DNA from: an uncultured virus (IMG/VR IMGVR_UViG_2579779031_000002)
Lineage: Duplodnaviria > Heunggongvirae > Uroviricota > Caudoviricetes
Virus record (IMG/VR): IMGVR_UViG_2579779031_000002
Span: 1-64,000 of that record
Strand: one strand, 5' to 3'
Length of the DNA stretch: 64,000 nucleotides
Shown: one piece after another, positions 38,044 through 47,864 of the stretch
Layout of the letters: every line of letters begins with the position of its first letter
Position numbering within the stretch: position 1 is the first letter of the stretch
The notes under the pieces: generated by a model
Database searches by the model: none
What the model was told of the DNA's origin: nothing
The model's input: the letters and a program-made list of their open reading frames with translations, nothing else
Translations under genes and position numbers: made by a program

Positions 38044-39582
38044 TTAAGCTTTAACAGTACTTACACGAGCAAAGCCACCAATACCGGCTTTACCGCTGTT
38101 GCCATTACTTTCAGTAGTGTGACCAGCTTCGCCAACAACTAAAGTCATGTACTGAGTTTTTTCGGTTGAATTCGCATATCGACAAATGAGTAATCCACCA
38201 CTTGCACCACCCCCACCAAGTGCCCAGCCATCATCTCCTACACCATTAGCACCATCACCACCAGCACCCCAATTTGATACTGGACTTACTGATGCGCCGC
38301 CTTTGTGGTTAGTTTGGTTTGCAGCTGTACCAGCGTTACCAATCTTTCGTGAAATTTCGGTAATGCTTGAAGTCACAGTGATTACACCTGCTAAACCACC
38401 TGCACCATTTGAGAAAGCACTACCATTCGACCACTGACCACTGGTACCGCCCTTACCGCCGCCAACAACCGCCAAATCAAGTTCATTTAAACGTAAGCGT
38501 GTATCTGTACCACTGGTCCCATGTGCCAATGCTCCTAACTCCCAGACACTGCCACCACCAGCACCACCAGCACCAACCAAAATGAATTCTTTTTGTTCTT
38601 TTGGTTGAATTGGAATGATATAAACACCTGGTACTGTGTAATCGCCGTTTCCATCGTTTAATGTTTCTGCAGCTACCTGAACAACTGACCAATTCACAGT
38701 ACCAGAATACCCTATCCGGTTTTGACCTGAGCGGTCCCAAACTTCATATGAAAAACCCTTTTCAGCACGGGTAAGCTGCCATGCTTCATGTGAGCTTTCT
38801 GGTGTTAAATAGATTGCATACTTTGAATCACGTAAATCAGTAACTTTGCCACCTAATTCAATTGTTGCTGAGCTACCAATATTTACACCTGCGCCAATCA
38901 ATTTTGGATATTGAGCATCTAAGGTTTTCTTGAAATCGATTAACTGCTGTAACATGTTTTTGGAACTAAGATCTAGATCATCAATCTGATGTTGTAAATC
39001 ATCATCTTTGGCTTTTACATCTTTTTCAAATGCATATTGGGGGTGCGGATCCTCATGCTGATTATGTTCAGTCATGAGTTTACGAATTAACGCACCGTAT
39101 TGTGGGTGTGGGTCTTCATCTGCACTATGCTGATTCATCAACATCACAGCAATTGGTGTGTTTGGATCAATCTTGATAGTTACGTTTTTTAAATTAACGT
39201 CAGTTAGAACAAATCCAAATGTAACAATGGCTACTACGTTTGCATGTAAAGACATGATGGATTGAGCTTCTGTAGTTGAGGCCACCGCAAGTAAAGTACC
39301 ATCTGATAGGTAAATACCCATCTCAAACACTTCCATTGTTAAAGTTGGCTCAATACTCATCACAAAACGCAAAGTACCAGTCTCTGTATCTACACCACCA
39401 CCATTAAGAGAAAATCTGGCTAATTCATTTTTAAGCGAAGTTAGGTTTTTCGCTTCAACTGATGCATCAAATTTGCCGGTACCAACAGCAAGATGAGTAA
39501 GCTCCCCACCAAAGCTAGCAACATCGCCTACTTTATTTAAAGCATTACGACCTGCGTCAGTTAAAAAGAAATTAATAGCCAT
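38044..39582 (-). CDS. Tail fibre protein
   Basis: LTDAGR...LAVGTG...EMGIYLSDGTL (DUF3751-like), two H..xEDPHPQY repeats, Gly-rich C-terminus. Confidence 0.85.
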   Translation of the reverse strand: MAINFFLTDAGRNALNKVGDVASFGGELTHLAVGTGKFDASVEAKNLTSLKNELARFSLNGGGVDTETGTLRFVMSIEPTLTMEVFEMGIYLSDGTLLAVASTTEAQSIMSLHANVVAIVTFGFVLTDVNLKNVTIKIDPNTPIAVMLMNQHSADEDPHPQYGALIRKLMTEHNQHEDPHPQYAFEKDVKAKDDDLQHQIDDLDLSSKNMLQQLIDFKKTLDAQYPKLIGAGVNIGSSATIELGGKVTDLRDSKYAIYLTPESSHEAWQLTRAEKGFSYEVWDRSGQNRIGYSGTVNWSVVQVAAETLNDGNGDYTVPGVYIIPIQPKEQKEFILVGAGGAGGGSVWELGALAHGTSGTDTRLRLNELDLAVVGGGKGGTSGQWSNGSAFSNGAGGLAGVITVTSSITEISRKIGNAGTAANQTNHKGGASVSPVSNWGAGGDGANGVGDDGWALGGGGASGGLLICRYANSTEKTQYMTLVVGEAGHTTESNGNSGKAGIGGFARVSTVKA

Positions 39583-39608
39583 AACCCACCCATATGATTT
39601 ATTGATCT

Positions 39609-39649
39609 ATGGTAGTTACGGCAAAAAGGATCTGTGGGGGGCAGTTCCA
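39609..39649 (-). promoter_or_regulatory. TGGAAC-N29-TACCAT putative late promoter (tail fibre)
   Basis: TGGAAC 39649-39644; ATG 39582. Confidence 0.8.
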
Positions 39650-39654
39650 CAAAA

Positions 39655-41646
39655 CTAATCATTTTCTTTTTCGGCTGCTTCTCTTAAAGCACTGAATCTT
39701 GACTTACGTTCAGCTTGTTCACGGCCTTCTGGTGTATCGTCAGTGACATTTACAGTTTCGTAAGCTTCAGTGTAGTGAACGTTTTCTAAGAATAAGAAGG
39801 CAAAAGCATCACCCAAATCGGGCGACTTAATTCCCATCCGTTTCATTTCATCTTTACTCAAGATTTTGTAACGTGCAAAGTCATCAAAACGGTATGGAAC
39901 GTGAATTAATTGGTCTTTAATTTTCACGTTGTGTTTCTTCGTTTTCATTTTAAAACGACCACTAGCGATTGCTCGAGCTAAGCCCACATAAGCTAACGAA
40001 CGTTTATTCGTAAACTCTTTTCTATTGTCATTACTAAAACATTGTGAGCCCCAATAAACAGGAACGTAGAAAATACCTTGCTTTTTAAGATACTGACCTA
40101 AACCTTTACCTGCCCCGTTGTCATCTACTACCAAGTTAGCATTTGGATACTGTAAAAGTAGCTCATTAATCTTTGCGAATAGTTCTAAGATATCATCTCT
40201 GTTTTTGCACAAAGGTATATCTACAACCTCTACACGGCGTGCACGTTCTCCCCATTGGGATTCACCCCAAACTTTAGAAACAACAATTACAGAATCGTCT
40301 CGGCCAACACCACCACCAACGTCTACCGTAATGACATAACCAAATTGATGATCCTCAAAAATCCTCGCGCCAACATACATTTCTTCTGTTTGACGTTTAG
40401 TAATTAAGAACTCATCAGATAAGTCTGGGAATTCACCTAGAACACGGATCTTGTACTGAGCATCTTCCCGGCTTCCATACTTTTGCCGTTGTTCTTCTAA
40501 AGATTGCTTACTAACAAGTGGTGACTCTTCCCCGTTAAATGTTAGAGCAATCCAAACACCACCAGCTCGATGACTTAACTTGTGATGAGTCTCATAGAAC
40601 ATACCCGCATTACGGGTAGGTTGCGACGTCATTACAGCACGGTTGTCTTCGTGAGTTAGTGCACCAAACGCTACATCAAGTACAGCATCATCTACACCGC
40701 TGGCCTCATCGACCCAGACCATATAGTTGTCGCCGTGGTTACCAGCTAAGTTCGTGGGTTGATGTTTAGGTGCTGTCTTAGCAAAGACATACCATTTTTC
40801 TTTGTAGCCTTTGATGTAAACGAGTTCAGACTGGTACCCAACATAATCAGCAAGCCAAGCCAAAGGGCCTTGCTTTAATCGTGCTAGATTGATACTAATT
40901 TCTTTCCAGACTTGTTTCTTTAACTGCCCAATTTGCGGAGCAGTAAACATCATGATTGATTCATCAAAAAACAAGAGATGCCATAAGGCAACAATACCAG
41001 CACTGGCCGTTTTACCAGTGTTGTGTAGTACTAAGTCATCTTCACCTAAGAAAAATGGATCTGGATCGAGTACAAAACCGTAATATTTGCCTTCACCAAG
41101 CTCGGCAACCGATGTGATTTTTAAAGGCTTATGTTCACCATCTATAAGCCTATAAGATGCAAATTGTTCTCTATTTTCTGGCTTTAAGTTCAGGTATTGA
41201 GAAACAAGTAATTCAATCTTGTCGCCCTTGGACCAGCCGTTACCATCGTATAAGGCTATTAAGCAAAGGATGTGGGATTTATTGAAGGTATGAGCTTTAG
41301 CATTCTCATATTCAAACCGGTACATTTCTTGATAACCGGTTACTGTTTTAATTACCTCTAGTTCTGTTTTACCATCTGCAGCAAGGATCTTGTGATTTAA
41401 ATTAATCCGCTCAACTGGGATAAATTCCCCATTGGCTAATTTGATTAATGTCCCTTTACCAAAACAACCGTGACCTGAAGCTACGGATGTACGACTACCA
41501 TCAAATGCAATAGATTCAAAAAGTAATTCTTGTTGCCATGTGGGTTCGACACCTAATGCTTCTACGGCGAAAGCATAGATGTCGTATCGATAACGCTCAC
41601 AAAGTTCCCACCATTCGGGAATTTCTTTTAATGGTGCCAAAGCCAT
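39655..41646 (-). CDS. terL: Terminase large subunit (PacB-like) with intein
   Basis: Walker A SGHG/TGKT split by intein; WVDEASG; VDVGGG..RD; KSPDLGDA. Confidence 0.9.
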   Translation of the reverse strand: MALAPLKEIPEWWELCERYRYDIYAFAVEALGVEPTWQQELLFESIAFDGSRTSVASGHGCFGKGTLIKLANGEFIPVERINLNHKILAADGKTELEVIKTVTGYQEMYRFEYENAKAHTFNKSHILCLIALYDGNGWSKGDKIELLVSQYLNLKPENREQFASYRLIDGEHKPLKITSVAELGEGKYYGFVLDPDPFFLGEDDLVLHNTGKTASAGIVALWHLLFFDESIMMFTAPQIGQLKKQVWKEISINLARLKQGPLAWLADYVGYQSELVYIKGYKEKWYVFAKTAPKHQPTNLAGNHGDNYMVWVDEASGVDDAVLDVAFGALTHEDNRAVMTSQPTRNAGMFYETHHKLSHRAGGVWIALTFNGEESPLVSKQSLEEQRQKYGSREDAQYKIRVLGEFPDLSDEFLITKRQTEEMYVGARIFEDHQFGYVITVDVGGGVGRDDSVIVVSKVWGESQWGERARRVEVVDIPLCKNRDDILELFAKINELLLQYPNANLVVDDNGAGKGLGQYLKKQGIFYVPVYWGSQCFSNDNRKEFTNKRSLAYVGLARAIASGRFKMKTKKHNVKIKDQLIHVPYRFDDFARYKILSKDEMKRMGIKSPDLGDAFAFLFLENVHYTEAYETVNVTDDTPEGREQAERKSRFSALREAAEKEND
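41020..41466 (-). mobile_element. Mini-intein (149 aa, no homing endonuclease)
   Basis: Starts CFGKGT, block B FNKSHIL, block F YYGF, ends VLHN followed by Thr. Confidence 0.92.
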
Positions 41647-41665
41647 ACCGTAAAAACACCATTAA

Positions 41666-42178
41666 CTAAAAGATTGAAAAAGGAAGCATTGTTGGATCTA
41701 CAGCATCTTCTTCAAACTGATTCCCTTCAGTAATCGAAAAGCCATTAGCAATTTTTGTACTAGCCCAAACTGCTAACAGGATTGCAATGTGGCCGTTGTT
41801 TAAGCTGCTGCTATCAAATTCCTGCTGAAGGCCGTTTTTATCGACCTTACGGATTTCAAGTACGTTCTTAGGGTTGTACTGGTTTAGCTTAGGCTCTATT
41901 TCAATTAACTTTGCTCTGTAACGAGCTTGGTAAATTGAAATCACTTCTTCTAAATGCTCTTTAGCATTGAAACTTAATTGCCAGTTCTGTACTTGGTCAG
42001 GTGAGTCAGTAACAACAACCGTTTGATCTCTTAAATCACTTGGTACAGGTAAATTTGAATAAACGGCTGTTTTTTGAATAACAAGCTCACCAGTATCTGC
42101 AAATGCGGCTCCAATGAGACGAATTGGTTGATCAGAAAACCCAGCAACACGGCTGTCTATACGAATAATTCCAGACAT
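41666..42178 (-). CDS. Hypothetical phage protein
   Basis: 170 aa, AGGGA RBS, upstream of terL. Confidence 0.65.
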   Translation of the reverse strand: MSGIIRIDSRVAGFSDQPIRLIGAAFADTGELVIQKTAVYSNLPVPSDLRDQTVVVTDSPDQVQNWQLSFNAKEHLEEVISIYQARYRAKLIEIEPKLNQYNPKNVLEIRKVDKNGLQQEFDSSSLNNGHIAILLAVWASTKIANGFSITEGNQFEEDAVDPTMLPFSIF

Positions 42179-42189
42179 TACTTGTATCC

Positions 42190-42390
42190 CTATCGCCGTT
42201 TGCGTTCTAACTTGGTTTGGCATTCAATGCAGAATTTCACGCCACCTAAAGCACGGCGGCGCTCTGGTATTTCTTCACCACATTCAACACATTCTTTTTC
42301 AGATTCGCCGTCAAAACGGCATCGATTTGCAATTTCTTGCTGCAATAAATAATCAGCACTTTCTTGTGCCTTATCGATTAAGTCAGTCAT
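42190..42390 (-). CDS. TraR/DksA C4 zinc-finger protein
   Basis: DLIDKA; CVECGEEIPERRR...CIECQ. Confidence 0.92.
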   Translation of the reverse strand: MTDLIDKAQESADYLLQQEIANRCRFDGESEKECVECGEEIPERRRALGGVKFCIECQTKLERKRR

Positions 42391-43186
42391 CTATACGCTC
42401 AACTGTTATTTCACCTGTTTCTCTATCACCCTTCACACGCTGGTGATCGAGTGATGTGTACTGATCAGCTTGCACTACAACTTTGTCGTTGATTGCTGGC
42501 TGTTCCGTTGCTGAGCCGTCAGGTTCATAGCCATTACCTGTGTTTTGGTCGAAAGGACCACCGAAACCGATGACGTTAGGTGTATAACCCACAAGCTGAA
42601 TATCTACAGTTGAGATAGAAAGATTGATTGCTTCGCTTGGGACTGGTGATGGAAAAAGTTCATTTTCAAAAACAGTGAATGTTGAATTAACTACATGATC
42701 ATTCCATTGCTGAAATGGCACATTAAAACGACGGTTATCATTGCTAGACATGTACGCGCAAAATTGCCCAATGACTGAACGTAGATCGTTGGGATTGGTG
42801 GCAAAGAATGCGATTTGAGCACGTATAGTTGTTGGCACCAGACTTACTTTTCCCCGCCTCTCCTCAATTACCGTTTCAACAAAATCTGGTACTGGAAGTA
42901 ATTGATTAACATCAGGGGGTTGATCTGTTAACGCTGTTGCAGTGAGCATTACGGGTAAAAGCACTTTCGATACATCATCATGCTTTTGGCTTTTTCTGTA
43001 TTCAGATAGCATTGCTTCTGAATCGTCCATCATCCGTGAGGGACATGCTTTTATAGCATTGCCAATAGCTCTCAATTTCCAGTCAGCTGTTAATTGTGTC
43101 TCAGGCATATACCAAGCACGAAAATTGACAAGCTGCTTATACCAAGCGTTTTGAATGCTTTTAAGCGAATCATTGGGGTAATTCAT
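42383..43186 (-). CDS. Putative virion morphogenesis protein
   Basis: ORF following protease in late operon. Confidence 0.55.
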   Translation of the reverse strand: MNYPNDSLKSIQNAWYKQLVNFRAWYMPETQLTADWKLRAIGNAIKACPSRMMDDSEAMLSEYRKSQKHDDVSKVLLPVMLTATALTDQPPDVNQLLPVPDFVETVIEERRGKVSLVPTTIRAQIAFFATNPNDLRSVIGQFCAYMSSNDNRRFNVPFQQWNDHVVNSTFTVFENELFPSPVPSEAINLSISTVDIQLVGYTPNVIGFGGPFDQNTGNGYEPDGSATEQPAINDKVVVQADQYTSLDHQRVKGDRETGEITVERIDD

Positions 43187-43188
43187 TA

Positions 43189-44094
43189 TTACCCCCATAC
43201 ACTAAAGATACTGCCAAAAGACTTTTTCGGCTTTTTAGCTTTCTCTTTTATGCTTGGCTGATCCATGGACTGCAAAATTTGTTCAGCTTGTTGTTGAACC
43301 GAATCAAAGCTCATCACAGGATTTATCATTCCCGTATAGAGTTCTTTTTTGCGTTCTTCTCTAAGTTGTTGTACGCGTTTTTGCTTATCAACTACTTCTG
43401 ATAATTCACCAACTAAACCCTGAGCATTACCCAATTCATTTAAAAGGTGAATCTGACTATTGATATTGTCGTACGTTTGCAAGATTTGATCTTCAAGCAA
43501 TTGAGCAATAACAATTTCAGATTGTGATAACTGTGAAATATCAGTTGCACTATCAAAGCAAGAAATTACACCCTCTGGTTCTTCAGGAACAAATAAACCA
43601 TCAAATAACTGACCGTCACCTACATTACTTGCATAGTTAGGTTGTGATACATAGTCAAAACCAAAAAAGCCAGTAGGAATAAGACGGCCACCTATTCTCT
43701 TATAGTTAACTGCTGTGCTGAACCCACCTGCTTGTGCGGCATATTGTCTTAACGCAAGTTCACCTGGTTCATTGTCAAAAAATTCTTCTTGATGCTCTAC
43801 AGTCCCATCTTGTGAAGCACGTAATTGAATAGTTTTAAGCGCAGGGGCTAGATATACCAATTTACCTTTAATCGGAACAGTTTCAGGCGGTACCATACCG
43901 TAACGCTGACGAATTTGATGACCGTAAAAACCTTGTAAAGAGTTAGTTGCAACCATTTCTTGTACATGATTACTGTTAATCAAGTTGATCATTACATCAA
44001 CATCGACATTACTTCGATCAACACCAGTATATTTACGGCATCGATCATGTAAGTTGTAAGATAGAACTTTCGTCTTTCTATTTTTGCTAGCCAT
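43189..44094 (-). CDS. Prohead protease (P1 Pro-like)
   Basis: GFYGH..R, VEHQEEF, GGFS, FGFDYV..PNY. Confidence 0.7.
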   Translation of the reverse strand: MASKNRKTKVLSYNLHDRCRKYTGVDRSNVDVDVMINLINSNHVQEMVATNSLQGFYGHQIRQRYGMVPPETVPIKGKLVYLAPALKTIQLRASQDGTVEHQEEFFDNEPGELALRQYAAQAGGFSTAVNYKRIGGRLIPTGFFGFDYVSQPNYASNVGDGQLFDGLFVPEEPEGVISCFDSATDISQLSQSEIVIAQLLEDQILQTYDNINSQIHLLNELGNAQGLVGELSEVVDKQKRVQQLREERKKELYTGMINPVMSFDSVQQQAEQILQSMDQPSIKEKAKKPKKSFGSIFSVWG

Positions 44095-44123
44095 AAAAAA
44101 GCCCCAATGCTGTGATTGAGGCT

Positions 44124-44164
44124 ATTGTTTCAGTTGTTCTATAGTTGAAATTTAATCAGTTCCA
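44124..44164 (-). promoter_or_regulatory. TGGAAC-N29-AACAAT putative late promoter with hairpin+T6
   Basis: TGGAAC 44164-44159; ATG 44094. Confidence 0.8.
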
Positions 44165-44166
44165 AA

Positions 44167-44394
44167 TCAAATCTTTTTATCAAACTCAATCAATTCCAAT
44201 AGTTTGTCATGTTGTTTATCTTCAATAGTTGCATCAAAGATGTATCCACTTTTAAGTGAGATAAAAACATCATAAAAGCTCTCATAAACCATGCTGCCTC
44301 TATGATCACTTTTGGAGACTTGCATACAATCCATTTCAGATAAATCAATTAATTGAGAACAACCACGCTTTCGACAAAAGATATTTAATCGCAT
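44167..44394 (-). CDS. 75-aa hypothetical protein
   Basis: Follows Tad1-like gene, GGA RBS. Confidence 0.65.
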   Translation of the reverse strand: MRLNIFCRKRGCSQLIDLSEMDCMQVSKSDHRGSMVYESFYDVFISLKSGYIFDATIEDKQHDKLLELIEFDKKI

Positions 44395-44405
44395 ACTTCA
44401 TCCAT

Positions 44406-44864
44406 TTACTTAGCAAGAGTGTCTTCAACACCACGAGCACGGCGCTCAGCTGTACGCTTATTAAATTCTTCTAGCGCACTTTCCATGTAAATAATGGCTT
44501 GTTTGTTGAACTCACTTGGGAACTTTTCATCCAAGGTTTTAGTACGGTGAATAAGCACTTTTAGCAATGCTTCACTAGTCACCCCATTCACACCGTGTTC
44601 ATGAATTGGGCCATCTTGAAAATGAAGACTGATTTCAAAATCTTTTGCATTTTGAGTTTCAGGATTTGCTGAAATCTTATAGTAATGGCCTTGAGCATAA
44701 GTTGTAATGCCCTCTACCACTTCCCCATTTACAACTTTATCAATTTCTTGTGGTTCTAATTCTTGGTTTGCATATCCTAAGAAATGATCAATTAATAAGT
44801 TTTCTCCTTGACCATTGATTGGTTCTGCGATTCCTACTAAAACATTTTCTTGAGCTTGTTGCAT
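44406..44864 (-). CDS. tad1: Tad1-family immune signal sponge
   Basis: HYYKI...LHFQDGP...GVNGV...LL.VL.HR...N..A...ESAL...NKR..ER..RGVE.T matches the Tad1 pattern. Confidence 0.75.
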   Translation of the reverse strand: MQQAQENVLVGIAEPINGQGENLLIDHFLGYANQELEPQEIDKVVNGEVVEGITTYAQGHYYKISANPETQNAKDFEISLHFQDGPIHEHGVNGVTSEALLKVLIHRTKTLDEKFPSEFNKQAIIYMESALEEFNKRTAERRARGVEDTLAK

Positions 44865-44895
44865 ATAAAAAAGTCCTGATCTAATGAACAGGACT

Positions 44896-44936
44896 ATGAA
44901 ATCATTTTGTATTTGAGCGCTAACTCAACAGTTCCA
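44896..44936 (-). promoter_or_regulatory. TGGAAC-N29-TTTCAT putative late promoter with hairpin+T-run
   Basis: TGGAAC 44936-44931; AGTCCTG/CAGGACT 44872-44895; ATG 44864. Confidence 0.75.
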
Positions 44937-44942
44937 ATCGAA

Positions 44943-45557
44943 TTAAAGGAAGTTATAGACGGCATAAGGCTTAGCTGCTATTGCAGCTGCAAAGCTTGTT
45001 GCACCTAAATCTCTATCAAATGCCATTGAGTGAACTTTAACGACAATATTGGCTGGTACTAAACGCCGTAATATCGGTGACAGCTCTACAACTTCATTTG
45101 CATCAACAGTTTTATCTAAAACAATTCTAATCCGACTTGTTAGGAAATAATTAGGCTTTTCAAAATCAGACAAATAGGCTGGATATTCTTTTAGCTTTTC
45201 CAAGCTGTGCCATAGCCTGATAATCTGGAAATGATCTTTCCCCCACAACATTCGTAAAACGAACTCTAAAAACGCTAATCCTCTTTTATTACCCATGCTG
45301 CTCCAATTGGCATAGATAATTCGCATTAACGTGTCAGAGGTGTTATTTCGCCGTAATACAACAAGTCCGTTTTGTTTAGAGAACCGTTCTACAACTGTTT
45401 TACTACCGATATGAGGACAACCATAATCCAATAAATCTTGTATGGACTGCTCAAAGTTTTGTGCAAATACTTGTTTAAATGCTTTAGCAAGTGCGGTTTG
45501 CAAACCCGTACTTACATAGTGTTCATCAAGAGGCTGGGTAAAGCTTATAGGGTCCAT
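44943..45557 (-). CDS. Putative baseplate protein
   Basis: KRGLAFLEFVL, LTSRIRI, LVPANIV; follows wedge gene. Confidence 0.6.
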   Translation of the reverse strand: MDPISFTQPLDEHYVSTGLQTALAKAFKQVFAQNFEQSIQDLLDYGCPHIGSKTVVERFSKQNGLVVLRRNNTSDTLMRIIYANWSSMGNKRGLAFLEFVLRMLWGKDHFQIIRLWHSLEKLKEYPAYLSDFEKPNYFLTSRIRIVLDKTVDANEVVELSPILRRLVPANIVVKVHSMAFDRDLGATSFAAAIAAKPYAVYNFL

Positions 45558-46990
45558 GTAGCCCCCGAAATATCAGCGGTGCGTTCCAATTCAACAGTGA
45601 TACTGTCTTTGGTCACATATACCCACTCATTAGGCTTATTCAACTCATTTGAAAGCATAATGGTAAAGTCACTCATCCGATCTTGGAATGCCACAATATT
45701 GTCATTAATCAGCTTCCCCATTTCTTGAGTATTAAAGCCATTAACCAGCCAACGACTTGAGCTCAATGATTCACGTCCATATCGCTCTACTAGTAACTCT
45801 TTGATCTGTGTTTTAACCATATCCGTATTATGAACAGAAGCCAAAGAACCTTTAATTTTTACTTCAATTGGCTTTTCTACAACTTCATGTACATTCACTT
45901 TGCCTTCATACAAGTTATCGCAATAACCAATATACCGACAGATATCTTGTTCTAATGTTGCTTGTTCAGCTGGGTTCTTAGCAACCACCACAAGGTTTAA
46001 ATGATTAATGTCACGGTATGTGATAGCAAAGTGTTGCTCTTGCAGCGTTTCATTCCAGACAGAGATAAACTGAGCCCGTTTCATGAACTTTTTACGTACC
46101 GCATAGTCAAAGTTGCCGAGAAATACCGCATCATCATCGTAAAGTGATGGATAGCTTGATAATAAGCGTAATTCCGATACAGCTAACGGATCTACCCCCT
46201 CTCTTATCAGTCCACCAGCTTTAAAACGCACTGATACCCGCTGTTCATCATTAGTAAGTACATCAAGTAAAGCAGCATCCTTTAAACGATTAGCATCAAC
46301 TTCACCGTAAGTCTCAAGGATACCGATTGTGACCGTTTCATTGGCTTGTAGTGTACGACCAGCTCTTTCAGAATCGCCAAACTCAATAAACAATCTTCTT
46401 AGATTATCTGTAGTAACTGTTACAGCATATTCACCTGGTTCAACATTCATCCAGCGCGGCTTAATTACAAAGTTATTATTGCCCTGCTTAATCGAAATGT
46501 TTGCAAGTGAAAGGTCCTCTAAAAGATCTATTCGATATTTATGGAACCCTTCTGTAACTGGTACAACATACTTAATTTCACGGTATTCACTTTGTTCTGC
46601 TATTACTTCCGCCGTTTCACCAGCTTTAACTGTAATTGATTGAAGAAGCCGCCAAACTCTACCGCCACTATGATCTTCAATCATTCGCCCTTGGCTTAAG
46701 CTCACTGCATTTGTTGAGCGGTTGATAATTTCTATTAAGTGCTGACACGGTGTACCTATAGGCAAAATGCCTTTATTTGTAGCATCCGCAATAATTGAGC
46801 GGTCACGTGTTTTGGTAAATGGTTCAATTGAAGCAATATCGATTTCTGGACCAAATGCAGTCAAAAAACTAGCCATAGAACGCAGCTGGTGAACGACAAG
46901 TGGATCTTGAGCTTTATAGCGTTCCTGAATCTCATAATCATCTATCGCTGCTTGGAGCTGGGCTTCAAAATCAGCTTGCGTTAATGTCAT
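45545..46990 (-). CDS. Baseplate wedge protein (J/BplA-like)
   Basis: TKTRDRSI, IEFGD...GR, GVDP. Confidence 0.75.
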   Translation of the reverse strand: MTLTQADFEAQLQAAIDDYEIQERYKAQDPLVVHQLRSMASFLTAFGPEIDIASIEPFTKTRDRSIIADATNKGILPIGTPCQHLIEIINRSTNAVSLSQGRMIEDHSGGRVWRLLQSITVKAGETAEVIAEQSEYREIKYVVPVTEGFHKYRIDLLEDLSLANISIKQGNNNFVIKPRWMNVEPGEYAVTVTTDNLRRLFIEFGDSERAGRTLQANETVTIGILETYGEVDANRLKDAALLDVLTNDEQRVSVRFKAGGLIREGVDPLAVSELRLLSSYPSLYDDDAVFLGNFDYAVRKKFMKRAQFISVWNETLQEQHFAITYRDINHLNLVVVAKNPAEQATLEQDICRYIGYCDNLYEGKVNVHEVVEKPIEVKIKGSLASVHNTDMVKTQIKELLVERYGRESLSSSRWLVNGFNTQEMGKLINDNIVAFQDRMSDFTIMLSNELNKPNEWVYVTKDSITVELERTADISGATWTL

Positions 46991-47309
46991 ATGTCTCACC
47001 TGTTACTGATTTACCCAATCGGTCTGCTACTTGGTTAAGATCTATATTCACATTCATGATGCTTAAATGAATATGAACCGTCTCAAATCCTTCGGTTTGT
47101 GAATACAGGGCTAATTGGTCAGAGTTAAGCTCAGATAATATTGGTAGATCCTTTTTCATCTTAATAAGAAAACTATCTGCCACCCTCGAGTCTAAAGGTG
47201 CCATTAGCAAATCATAAAGAGGTGCACCAAAGTCAGAACCATACTTCCCATTGACCGGATGATTAAGCCAGTACTCAACCATGTCTAAAATTGTTTTAGA
47301 TGTGATCAT
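46971..47309 (-). CDS. gp25/PmgA-like baseplate protein
   Basis: YGSDFGAPLYDLLMAP; upstream of wedge. Confidence 0.65.
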   Translation of the reverse strand: MITSKTILDMVEYWLNHPVNGKYGSDFGAPLYDLLMAPLDSRVADSFLIKMKKDLPILSELNSDQLALYSQTEGFETVHIHLSIMNVNIDLNQVADRLGKSVTGETYDINAS

Positions 47310-47665
47310 TAAGAAGTTGCTCTATTACTGAAAATCATCAAAAGCTTTACTAGTATTGCAGTGCCAATCTGATAAGTTGAAAAAATGGTGAAATAGATTA
47401 TGAATATCCATAATGAAACGCTTAATGCATCAAAATATGAAGCAACGTTATAGATTCGCCAATCAACAAGAATAATAGTGATCAATACACATGCCATACT
47501 TATGAAATACATATATCTGATTTCTTTAAATAAGAGGCTTATAGGCACATGACGGAATTGTTTAATATACGCAGCTTTATTCTTGCTATTCCATCCTGTA
47601 ACAACGGAAAGATAAGCTAAAAATGCAATAATTAAGACAATATCAATACCGATTTGAATTTGCAT
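47309..47665 (-). CDS. 118-aa membrane protein (3 TM)
   Basis: Hydrophobic; start reset to ATG 47665 by promoter spacing. Confidence 0.7.
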   Translation of the reverse strand: MQIQIGIDIVLIIAFLAYLSVVTGWNSKNKAAYIKQFRHVPISLLFKEIRYMYFISMACVLITIILVDWRIYNVASYFDALSVSLWIFIIYFTIFSTYQIGTAILVKLLMIFSNRATS

Positions 47666-47694
47666 AAAAAACACCCTTAATAAGAACTGTATTA

Positions 47695-47735
47695 AGGGTA
47701 TTGCTTTTGTATATATGTAAGCGTGAATGGTTCCA
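47695..47735 (-). promoter_or_regulatory. TGGAAC-N29-TACCCT putative late promoter with 10-bp hairpin
   Basis: TGGAAC 47735-47730; ACCCTTAATA/TATTAAGGGT 47673-47699. Confidence 0.75.
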
Positions 47736-47773
47736 TATTTGAAAATAAGAAATGCATGGATTATTATATATAC

Positions 47774-47862
47774 AAAGCCCGCTCCACTTATGACACGAGA
47801 ACGTATAGGGTCATAAGTGTAGGTTAGAAGATGTCGCAACCCATCTCTAACTACCGGGCTTT
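47774..47862. ncRNA. Candidate structured RNA (three-way junction)
   Basis: Outer stem AAAGCCCG/CGGGCTTT enclosing CACTTATGAC/GTCATAAGTG and GTTAG-A-AGATG/CATCT-CTAAC hairpins. Confidence 0.55.
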
Positions 47863-47864
47863 TT

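Noticed and set aside
38044..39582. P1-style invertible tail fibre or diversity-generating retroelement
   Set aside because: No invertase, reverse transcriptase, inverted fibre copy or template repeat seen; the DPHPQY repeats are ordinary fibre motifs
47774..47862. tRNA gene
   Set aside because: Only two internal arms and no T-loop GTTCRA or canonical cloverleaf
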